From a virus: a stretch of 32,023 bases of DNA. The notes under the pieces were generated by a model. The model was not told the DNA's origin. It made no database searches and worked only from the letters and a program-made list of their open reading frames with translations. The stretch covers positions 1 to 32,023 of the IMG/VR virus record IMGVR_UViG_3300045988_030341. The stretch is one strand, 5' to 3'. Position numbers and translations under genes: made by a program. This document shows, piece by piece, positions 7,899 through 14,837 of the stretch (position 1 is its first letter; each line of letters begins with the position of its first letter).

Positions 7899-9250
7899 AG
7901 GGGGTGCGGCATATTATCGACAATGAGTTTTGCGCGTTGTTCCTTGATATGGGCTTGGGTAAGACCGTAACAACCCTAACCGCTATCAAAGACCTTTTGG
8001 ATAATTGCATAATATCCAATTGTCTGGTAATCGCCCCGAAGAAAGTAACGCAGGTTACATGGAGCGACGAGATCAAGGCTTGGGCGCATCTTAAAGACTT
8101 GACGATATCGGTAATAGACGGTACGGTCAAGCAGCGCAGGGAAGCCTACGGGAAGCAAGCGGACATATACGCGATCAGCCGTGATAACATTGTCTGGCTC
8201 ATAATGGAGTACGGGGGTATCAAACTTCCCTATGATATGGTAGTTATCGATGAGTTGAGCAGTTTCAAGAACTATGACTCAAAGCGTTTTAAAGCCCTTA
8301 AAAAGGTGCGGAAGTTTATCCCCCGAGTAGTAGGCCTGACGGGTACGCCATCGCCTAACGGGCTGATAGACCTGTTCGCGCAAATGTATCTGATAGACCA
8401 AGGGCAAAGGCTCGGTAAATCAATCACAGCGTACAGGGCTAGGTTTTTCAGACCCGATAAACGGAACGGCGATATAGTGTACAGTTATGCACTGAAAAGC
8501 CCGCGGGAGGAAACAGAGCAGCAAATAAGCGACCTTATCAGCGACATAACCATATCAATGACAGCCGAGGACTATCTGAAGATGCCCGACCGCATTAACA
8601 TATACGACCGCGTGGAGCTCCCCCCTGAAGTGCTGGCACAGTATAAGGAGTTCGAGAAGGAACAAGTATTGGAGCTTATTAACTCGGACGAGCCTATAAG
8701 CGCGGCCAGTGCGGCGGCTCTTTCCAATAAGCTGCAGCAATTCGCAAACGGCGCGGTATACGATGCCGACCGGAAGGTTATCGAACTGCACGACGAGAAG
8801 CTGGAAAAACTCGAGGAGCTTGTAGAGGCCGCAAACGGTTCGCCCGTATTGGTCGCCTACTCCTACAAACATGACCTCGACCGTATAATGCGGAAGCTAA
8901 AGGCATATGGGCCCGTCAAACTGGAGAAGCCCGAGCAGATAGCCGACTGGAACGCTGGGAGGATTAAAGTGCTGGTAGCCCAGCCGGCGGGCACAGGGCA
9001 CGGGCTTAACCTGCAAAAAGGCGGGCATACGCTTATATGGTTCGGTAATACTTGGAGCCTGGAACTATACATGCAGTTCAACGCCCGTTTGTACCGTCAG
9101 GGGCAAGCGTACCCCGTAACCGTACATCACATCTTGACCACGGGAACGGTAGACGAGAAGATAATAAAAGCCTTGGAAGGCAAGAAACAGACGCAAGACG
9201 GGCTTATGCAGAGTATTAAGGAACTTATGGAATTTTACAGCAAGAAATGA
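7862..9250 (+). CDS. SNF2-family helicase/ATPase
   Basis: LYEYQ near the N-terminus, motif I LDMGLGKT, motif II VVIDELSSF, motif III LTGTPSPN, motif VI QFNARLYRQGQ. The start is GTG; no in-frame ATG lies nearby. Confidence 0.9.
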   Translation: MLERKQLYEYQVKGVRHIIDNEFCALFLDMGLGKTVTTLTAIKDLLDNCIISNCLVIAPKKVTQVTWSDEIKAWAHLKDLTISVIDGTVKQRREAYGKQADIYAISRDNIVWLIMEYGGIKLPYDMVVIDELSSFKNYDSKRFKALKKVRKFIPRVVGLTGTPSPNGLIDLFAQMYLIDQGQRLGKSITAYRARFFRPDKRNGDIVYSYALKSPREETEQQISDLISDITISMTAEDYLKMPDRINIYDRVELPPEVLAQYKEFEKEQVLELINSDEPISAASAAALSNKLQQFANGAVYDADRKVIELHDEKLEKLEELVEAANGSPVLVAYSYKHDLDRIMRKLKAYGPVKLEKPEQIADWNAGRIKVLVAQPAGTGHGLNLQKGGHTLIWFGNTWSLELYMQFNARLYRQGQAYPVTVHHILTTGTVDEKIIKALEGKKQTQDGLMQSIKELMEFYSKK

Positions 9251-9396
9251 AAAAGCCGATAGCAGTTACCGCAGTCCTGCCCGCATTGGCAGGCCGCACC
9301 GTAGTACAGAACGCGGCGGACAGCATACAACGTAATTTCAAGTTACAGCAATCAGAGTACGGGCTATCGCTGAAAGATAGTCTAATGCTTAAATGA
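9247..9396 (+). CDS. Small hypothetical protein (49 aa)
   Basis: My own translation (MKKPIAVTAVLPALAGRTVVQN...). Its ATG overlaps the SNF2 stop as ATGA. Confidence 0.45.
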   Translation: MKKPIAVTAVLPALAGRTVVQNAADSIQRNFKLQQSEYGLSLKDSLMLK

Positions 9397-9397
9397 G

Positions 9398-9465
9398 GTT
9401 AACGAAAGAACCGGCATAACGGGAAAAGCGTTATATTTGTATCAACGATTTAAAAACAGAAGATT
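9398..9465 (+). promoter_or_regulatory. Promoter/leader cassette E2, copy a (-7 box TATATTTG at 9432-9439)
   Basis: GTTAACGAAAGAACCGG...GCGTTATATTTGTATCAACGATTTAAAAACAGAAGATT aligns with 30355..30426 and partly with 28205..28270. Confidence 0.55.
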
Positions 9466-9741
9466 ATGGAAAAGTATTCAAAAGCAGTCAGTGGGATGTA
9501 CTCACAGTCTGGAAAGGGAGAAGCCCGCCCGTCGGAAAAGTACACAGGACGGTCAGCTTACGGATGCGGTGAGAAATCGGAAGTGGCAGGATACCGGAAA
9601 GATACGGACGAAACATGGGCGCTGATAGCAGACGGCACTAAAATCAAGAGTTGGTGCAGGGGGCGGACAGACAACCAGTGCGTGGTATTTAAAAATTGTG
9701 AATGTTATTATTTCGTTGGTATTGGCGATCTGACAAATTAG
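9466..9741 (+). CDS. Hypothetical Cys-rich protein (91 aa)
   Basis: First ORF after cassette E2a. The C-terminal Cys cluster is SWCRGRTDNQCVVFKNCECYYF. Confidence 0.65.
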   Translation: MEKYSKAVSGMYSQSGKGEARPSEKYTGRSAYGCGEKSEVAGYRKDTDETWALIADGTKIKSWCRGRTDNQCVVFKNCECYYFVGIGDLTN

Positions 9742-9747
9742 AAGATT

Positions 9748-10173
9748 ATGATTGGAAACAAGGATTTCGCATTGCTGTACGCGGGCCGTGCGGTATTCGA
9801 CAAGAACGGTGAGTATGCCGGCGTGGTAGTCGGTTGGAACGATATGCTCGGCGTTATACTGGGCGTTGACCACGGGGACAGTTGGCAGAACTGGAGCCTT
9901 GCCGACACAGGCGTTTCCGAGGATGAATTTCCGTCCTATGAATACCGCAACGCAGGGACACTGGTAGCGCCGGGCGAGCCGGCGGACGGAGAGGAAGCCC
10001 CGAAGCATAAGACGACAGGCGAGCTTGTCAAGGAGCACGAAGGCGTGCGGGGTATTCAATTCTCGACGGACGGGCACGGCAATGTGCGGGCCGCCTATAT
10101 CCGCGGTAAGCGCGGAGGCATGAAGCTTGTAAGCATGGGGGACGGTTTGGAAAATGTATCATCAAAAATTTAA
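9748..10173 (+). CDS. Hypothetical protein (141 aa)
   Basis: ORF tightly packed after 9741, with the leader AGAAGATTATG. Confidence 0.7.
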   Translation: MIGNKDFALLYAGRAVFDKNGEYAGVVVGWNDMLGVILGVDHGDSWQNWSLADTGVSEDEFPSYEYRNAGTLVAPGEPADGEEAPKHKTTGELVKEHEGVRGIQFSTDGHGNVRAAYIRGKRGGMKLVSMGDGLENVSSKI

Positions 10174-10178
10174 AAGAT

Positions 10179-10292
10179 ATGGAAGCGTTAATGTGTTTAT
10201 TCGGAATAGCGATAGGCGCCGGTTTGGTAACCGGTTTGTGGCTTGTGGCTAAATTTGCAGCCCGTAACATAGACGGGGAGTACGACGAGTAA
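10179..10292 (+). CDS. Small single-pass membrane peptide (37 aa)
   Basis: My own translation MEALMCLFGIAIGAGLVTGLWLVAKFAARNIDGEYDE: one hydrophobic helix and an acidic tail. Confidence 0.45.
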   Translation: MEALMCLFGIAIGAGLVTGLWLVAKFAARNIDGEYDE

Positions 10293-10323
10293 CGGAGTGT
10301 TTAATGAAAACAGGAATAAGAAA

Positions 10324-10611
10324 ATGATTAAAGAACCAAAGCTTCCCCATAAGCTTGAACGGGGCGACAGGACAGCCGCAAGGGTTGATGAAGCGGGATA
10401 CCTTATCGGTATCAGAGTAGCGGGCTGCACGAGCCTGAAAGACGTGATTATAGCCGAAGCGCACGAAAGTGTGGCGTACGGGGCGGACGCGTGGGGCATG
10501 CCCGAAGATTTAAAGAGTGCGGGCAGTGGAGACGTGTTTATGAAGAAGCCACGAGCCGTGGCATATTACAAGTATATAAGACTTAAAGACATCGTACATG
10601 AAGAAAGTTAG
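10324..10611 (+). CDS. Hypothetical protein (95 aa from ATG 10324; GTG 10297 also possible)
   Basis: ORF in track 10297..10611. The ATG at 10324 has an A-rich leader. Confidence 0.6.
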   Translation: MIKEPKLPHKLERGDRTAARVDEAGYLIGIRVAGCTSLKDVIIAEAHESVAYGADAWGMPEDLKSAGSGDVFMKKPRAVAYYKYIRLKDIVHEES

Positions 10612-10993
10612 TTTTATGGATATGGCGGTATGCCTCAACTGCCATGTATACATCATATGGGAGTTCATACGAAGGTATGGATATACCGCCGGGGTAACAA
10701 AGGATAAGTACGGGCGCGGTTATGTGGAAGCCGAACTGTGTGACCGGTGGGTCGATAAGCTGGCAAAGTATGTAGCGGCACAGGACTTCACGTATAAGCA
10801 GTCAATTAATAAAAGGCAGTATCTTGTCAGAGACGAGGCACGCCTCGCAGAGGAGAAAAAAAACGAGCAGGACCTGACAAGAACCTACGGAATCGGTCCG
10901 GACGGAAGAATAAAAAGGGTATCAATGTTCAAGGACGGAACGGTTCAAACGTGGTATTGGCATAGGGATTTGCTCGGGTGGAAATTGACATAA
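10598..10993 (+). CDS. Hypothetical protein (131 aa), last gene of the early block
   Basis: The ORF overlaps the previous one by 14 nt and is followed by the strongest terminator in the window. Confidence 0.7.
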   Translation: MKKVSFMDMAVCLNCHVYIIWEFIRRYGYTAGVTKDKYGRGYVEAELCDRWVDKLAKYVAAQDFTYKQSINKRQYLVRDEARLAEEKKNEQDLTRTYGIGPDGRIKRVSMFKDGTVQTWYWHRDLLGWKLT

Positions 10994-11071
10994 TGAAAGC
11001 GGTTTGTCTATAGGAATTAGCAGTATGATAGCGCCCTCTACGAAAGCCTATTGGCAAACCGAATGATAGCG

Positions 11072-11117
11072 AAAAGCCCAAATCTGATTACAAAATGTCA
11101 GATTTGGGCTTTTGTTT
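11072..11117 (+). terminator. Intrinsic terminator closing the early block
   Basis: Perfect 16-bp stem: AAAAGCCCAAATCTGA (11072-11087) pairs with TCAGATTTGGGCTTTT (11098-11113). The loop is 10 nt and the tail is T-rich (TTTTGTTT). Confidence 0.85.
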
Positions 11118-11155
11118 ATAAACAGAAAAAAGGGCCTCAAAAATTAACAGAATTT

Positions 11156-11360
11156 AACCACAGTTACACAGTAAAAAATCGCTACTGTGTCGTTTTTTGT
11201 ACACTCTAACTCCTTATATTATAATATATTATATGTAATTACACAGATACACAGATAAAAAGGGGTTAGAGCATTATTTTGGAAAGAAGTGTATTTTGGA
11301 GGGTGCAAAATATACTATTTTCTATATTAAAGTTAAGAAAAAAAGGTCTGTGTCTGTGTA
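11156..11360 (+). repeat. Structured intergenic element, copy A (40-nt invariant core 11239..11278)
   Basis: Aligns block-by-block with 27704..27920. Blocks are AACCACAGTTACACAG; an 8-bp hairpin 11166-11173/11183-11190 followed by T6; an AT-rich spacer; the core TTACACAGATACACAGATAAAAAGGGGTTAGAGCATTATT; and the inverted partner GTCTGTGTCTGTGTA at 11346-11360. Confidence 0.85.
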
Positions 11361-11495
11361 AGTGCTTGTAACGTTCAGTGAGATAGGTAGTTAACGTGTT
11401 TTCGCCCAAAACCATGTAAACATAATTCATTTGTAAACTTTATTTGTAAGAAAAGGCCTAACTGCCCGTAGGTTGGTCTGGTACGATTTGTTGCC

Positions 11496-11503
11496 TACCT
11501 TTG
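11496..11503 (+). promoter_or_regulatory. Candidate late promoter -7 box TACCTTTG
   Basis: Perfect TAnnTTTG. A gTTG lies 20 nt upstream as a near -33 element, about 125 nt before the terminase small subunit ATG. Confidence 0.5.
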
Positions 11504-11629
11504 TGCCATGATTGAAAATAACCAAAGCAGTTGATACGAACTGCGGGGTATCGTCCGAATACTGCCCGCGCATCTCTTTAAGAGACCGTGAACGCACACA
11601 TGCGATACCCTTAATACCGACTAACAACT

Positions 11630-12256
11630 ATGGCAGGGAGAGCAAAGAAGGAAGCCGCCCCGGATACGAAAGCGGCGATTATCAAGGGACAGGCGACGGG
11701 CAAAGCCCCAGCCCCCAAAGACGATCTGAAGAAATGCAAGGAACTTTATGAGGTCGTGCAGACGCGCGGCTGCAAAGGCGCTACGTTGTCTACCGTCGAG
11801 GAGTGCGTGGATTACGTAGCGGAGTATATGGACTTCTGCAGGCAGAACCCGTTCATCACGTATGAAGTCCTGAAGGGTGGAAACGCGGCCGGTCAAAAAG
11901 TACCCGTAGAGAAGAAACGCGCGCCGTCGCTTGGCGGCTTCTGCCTTTTCATCGGGTGGACTTTGCAAGCGTTCAAGAAGAACGGCGCACGGCTTGAAAA
12001 GCTGGCGGACGACGGGAACGAAGACGCGGCCAGCCTGTTGACCGGGTACGCCCTTATCGCCGAACTGATCGCGACCGATATGGACGAAAGCGCGCTTGCC
12101 GGTGTGGTTGACGCCAACTACATGGCGAAGCTCAGAGGACTGCGGGACCTTAAGGACGTTACAAGCAATGGCAAGGAGGCGGGCACGAAGGCCATGCAGG
12201 TTAACGTACTGTCCGAGGACGCGGTGAAGAACCTGCAGAAGCTGGGAGGCATTTAG
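11630..12256 (+). CDS. terS: Terminase small subunit (putative)
   Basis: Lies directly upstream of terL. It has a basic N-terminus, and KRAPSLGGFCLFIGWTLQAFKK resembles the conserved helix-turn-helix segment of gp3-type small terminases as I recall it. Confidence 0.6.
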   Translation: MAGRAKKEAAPDTKAAIIKGQATGKAPAPKDDLKKCKELYEVVQTRGCKGATLSTVEECVDYVAEYMDFCRQNPFITYEVLKGGNAAGQKVPVEKKRAPSLGGFCLFIGWTLQAFKKNGARLEKLADDGNEDAASLLTGYALIAELIATDMDESALAGVVDANYMAKLRGLRDLKDVTSNGKEAGTKAMQVNVLSEDAVKNLQKLGGI

Positions 12257-12259
12257 GGC

Positions 12260-13405
12260 ATGAACGTTACATTTACTTTTGAAAAGATACTGGCGGCTTT
12301 CGTAGACCCGAAGATACGCGGTGTAGCCTCCAAAGGCGGTACACGTAGCGGCAAGACATGGGCAACCCTGCAGATGCTGCATATCCTGGCGCTTAACAAC
12401 CCCCGACCGCTCGTCATCTCGTGCGTGGCGGCTACGTTCCCTATGGTCAAGCGCGGTATGCTCCGCGACTTTAAAGCGATGGTAGCCGCCGAGGGGTATT
12501 GGGAGGAGAACCGTTTCAACAAGACGGAAAGTACGTACGAATACCCGAACGGCACGATAATGGAGTTCTTCTCGTGCGATAACGCCGGAAAGGTGCACGG
12601 TCCCGCACGTGATATACTTTTCGTCAACGAGGCGCAAGGCATACCGCGTGAAATCTTCAGACAGCTTGATATCCGTACACGTAAGAAGGTTATTATCGAC
12701 TACAACCCCGTGCGCAAGTTTTGGGGCGAGACCGAGTTCGTAGGTGACAGATACGCCACAATACATTCGACGTACAGGGATAACCCGTACCTGACCCCCG
12801 AACAAGTGGCGGCCATCGAGAAGAACAAGGACGATGCCAATTGGTGGCGTGTGTACGGTGAAGGCCTGACGGGCGGTGTGGAAGGTAACGTTTACCCCGA
12901 ATACGAGGTTATAGACGATATGCCGGAAACTTACACGGGCAGGTGCCTGGGGCTTGACTTCGGTTTCGTGAATGACCCTACGGCGATAGTGGATATACGC
13001 ATGGAGGGCTGGGACTTGTTCGTGGACTTGCTTTGCTATGAACAAGGCTTGCTTAACAGCCGTATAGCGGACTACCTGAACGCCAATGCACTGAACCGCG
13101 TGGTAACGGTGTGCGATAGTGCGGAGCAAAAGAGCATCGTGGAGCTGCAGCAAAAGCATGTCAAGGCGATACCGTGTGTCAAGGGGCGCGGCTCGGTGGC
13201 AGCCGGCATCGCCCAGGTGAAGCAGTTCAAGTTGCACGTAACAAAGCGTTCCGTCAAGCTGCTTGACGAGCTGGATAACTACAAATGGATTAAGGACGAG
13301 GTATCGGACACATACACCAACGAAGCCATAGACGCGTGGAACCACGCACTCGACGCGCTCCGTTACGGTGTGGACTTCCTGATACGTAAATACAGACCCG
13401 AATAA
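12260..13405 (+). CDS. terL: Terminase large subunit (PBSX/Terminase_3-like)
   Basis: Walker A GGTRSGKT, Walker B ILFVNEAQ, nuclease-domain LGLDFGFVNDPTAIV, and a C-terminal DALRYG. Confidence 0.9.
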   Translation: MNVTFTFEKILAAFVDPKIRGVASKGGTRSGKTWATLQMLHILALNNPRPLVISCVAATFPMVKRGMLRDFKAMVAAEGYWEENRFNKTESTYEYPNGTIMEFFSCDNAGKVHGPARDILFVNEAQGIPREIFRQLDIRTRKKVIIDYNPVRKFWGETEFVGDRYATIHSTYRDNPYLTPEQVAAIEKNKDDANWWRVYGEGLTGGVEGNVYPEYEVIDDMPETYTGRCLGLDFGFVNDPTAIVDIRMEGWDLFVDLLCYEQGLLNSRIADYLNANALNRVVTVCDSAEQKSIVELQQKHVKAIPCVKGRGSVAAGIAQVKQFKLHVTKRSVKLLDELDNYKWIKDEVSDTYTNEAIDAWNHALDALRYGVDFLIRKYRPE

Positions 13406-14016
13406 TGAAAAAGTTTATTTTGAAGTGGATTTATCGCATAACAGCGATTAACAACCGGAAGGTTTTATTAAGAGTCGCCAACCTGCCGGCAAACGGAACT
13501 GTCCGGATAACCAAGGACGAGGAGAAGTTGCTGAAGGATATGATTAAGTACTGCAGACCTTCACAAGTCGCTACGCGCAACGGGAAGGCCGTGTACAGAC
13601 TTAGAGACGTCGAGGGTATAACCCTATGGTCCATGCTTGAAACGCGCCGTGCGGAAGACGCAAACGGGCGTATCAAGGCGTGGACTGATGACAACTACGA
13701 AGCGGAAACGATTCTCGATGCCGCGAAGCTTGACAAGTTCATAGTGTCGCAAATGGAGATTGCCGACGGTCTCGAACAAGTCGTGTTCCGGAACATGAAG
13801 CCGGGCGGCGAAAGCGCGTTGACGGGTGACGAGAACATCAGGCAGGCCAAGAACCTTCTCGGACTTGTGCAGATTACCGCAGAGCTGTTCCACTGTAGCT
13901 TTGAGGACGCGAAGCAAATCAACTACTCGGACGCCATGCTGGCTATCGCCAAACGTAACGACGAGATAGAGAAGGAGAAGCGGGAAATGAAGAAACAACA
14001 AATGAAAAACAGGTAG
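13405..14016 (+). CDS. Hypothetical late protein (203 aa)
   Basis: ORF with a TAATG overlap with terL and a charged, coiled C-terminus. Function not recognised. Confidence 0.7.
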   Translation: MKKFILKWIYRITAINNRKVLLRVANLPANGTVRITKDEEKLLKDMIKYCRPSQVATRNGKAVYRLRDVEGITLWSMLETRRAEDANGRIKAWTDDNYEAETILDAAKLDKFIVSQMEIADGLEQVVFRNMKPGGESALTGDENIRQAKNLLGLVQITAELFHCSFEDAKQINYSDAMLAIAKRNDEIEKEKREMKKQQMKNR

Positions 14017-14018
14017 TC

Positions 14019-14423
14019 ATGACTTTTGAAACAATAATCAACACAGCGAACGCCCGGGCTACAGCCCTGGGCAAAACGCTGGTTTTCGGAGATACCGCAG
14101 TACAGAACGTAGCGGCCAACGAATTGAGCGATGACTTCTTTACGCTTGACGTAACGACCGGAAGCTATACGGACACGAACGTACCTGACAGCAGCGCCTA
14201 CACGGTAGTCATACGCTGCATGGGTACATCGGCTTATATGCGGGACGATGCCGTAGAGATTGCGACACTGATACGTACGGACCTGCTTTTGCATGAGATG
14301 CTTAAGAGCTTCATATGCGGCTACGAGATCGGCTCACTGCGTATCGCTAAAGTGCAGAACCAGTACGACACCATAAAATCGGGCTGGGAGGCAACGTTCG
14401 ACGCTTACAAGTACGGGGCGTGA
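14019..14423 (+). CDS. Hypothetical late protein (134 aa)
   Basis: ORF 2 nt after the previous stop. Function not recognised. Confidence 0.7.
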   Translation: MTFETIINTANARATALGKTLVFGDTAVQNVAANELSDDFFTLDVTTGSYTDTNVPDSSAYTVVIRCMGTSAYMRDDAVEIATLIRTDLLLHEMLKSFICGYEIGSLRIAKVQNQYDTIKSGWEATFDAYKYGA

Positions 14424-14434
14424 ACTTGATACAG

Positions 14435-14466
14435 TTTGTTTTCTGACGGCTTGCTTCGTACTTTTG
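14435..14466 (+). promoter_or_regulatory. Consensus Bacteroidota promoter TTTG-N20-TACTTTTG inside the late block
   Basis: TTTG at 14435-14438, a 20-nt spacer, then TACTTTTG at 14459-14466 (TAnnTTTG). The ATG at 14491 is 24 nt downstream. Confidence 0.7.
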
Positions 14467-14490
14467 CGCACTGTTTAAAAACAAAAGAAC

Positions 14491-14835
14491 ATGAAAATCA
14501 TCAGAAACAACTTTATCCCGGTCAAGGGCTTCAAGGCTGTTAACCTGTTCGGCGTTCTCTTCGTACGTGGTAACGCGGTAATCAGCGAGAAGACGTTAAG
14601 ACACGAACACATTCACACGATGCAGATGCGGGAGATGCTGTACGTGCCGTTTTACTTGTGGTACGGTATTGAATACGTTATTCGCTTCTTTAGCTGGAGC
14701 TTCGAGAAGAAACCATGTGACCCGAACGACAAGCCATACGACCGTATGAGTTTTGAAAAGGAAGCCTACGGCAACGAGCACAACGTGGATTACCCGAAGA
14801 CAAGGAAACATTTCAGCTGGTTTAAGTATATTTAA
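14491..14835 (+). CDS. Small putative zinc metallopeptidase (HExxH)
   Basis: 114 aa. It has HEHIH (HExxH) after a beta-like segment NLFGVLFVRGNAVISEKTLR, a downstream FEKEAYGNEH with candidate third ligands, and an aromatic hydrophobic segment YVPFYLWYGIEYVIRFFSW. Confidence 0.6.
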   Translation: MKIIRNNFIPVKGFKAVNLFGVLFVRGNAVISEKTLRHEHIHTMQMREMLYVPFYLWYGIEYVIRFFSWSFEKKPCDPNDKPYDRMSFEKEAYGNEHNVDYPKTRKHFSWFKYI

Positions 14836-14837
14836 CT

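Noticed and set aside
11259-11278. tRNA-like fragment (GGTTAGAGCA resembles the 3' half of a tRNA D-arm) suggesting a tRNA gene or attP
   Set aside because: There is no matching GCTC 5' D-stem half, acceptor stem, anticodon arm or T-arm (GTTCNANNC) around it. No integrase is encoded that could use an att site.
11156-11360. CRISPR mini-array or solitary CRISPR repeat as an explanation for the ACACAG-rich repeats
   Set aside because: The 40-nt core occurs only once per locus, 16.5 kb apart, not in a repeat-spacer-repeat array. The short ACACAG/CTGTGT units are irregularly spaced and inverted. The core does not resemble any Bacteroidota CRISPR repeat I can recall. A database comparison would still be worthwhile.
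11512-11751. 79-aa ORF overlapping the terS start
   Set aside because: It is out of frame with terS, starts inside the predicted leader, and has a low-complexity Gly/Ser/Arg-rich translation. terS, starting at ATG 11630, explains the region.
11621-13345. 574-aa ORF on the minus strand, the second-longest antisense-free stretch in the track
   Set aside because: It is exactly codon-antiparallel to terS and terL, both of which have clear terminase motifs. Its translation is Arg/Val/Leu/His-rich with no recognisable motif, and it has no promoter-like sequence or A-rich leader. Its openness is explained by the absence of TTA/CTA/TCA codons in the sense genes.
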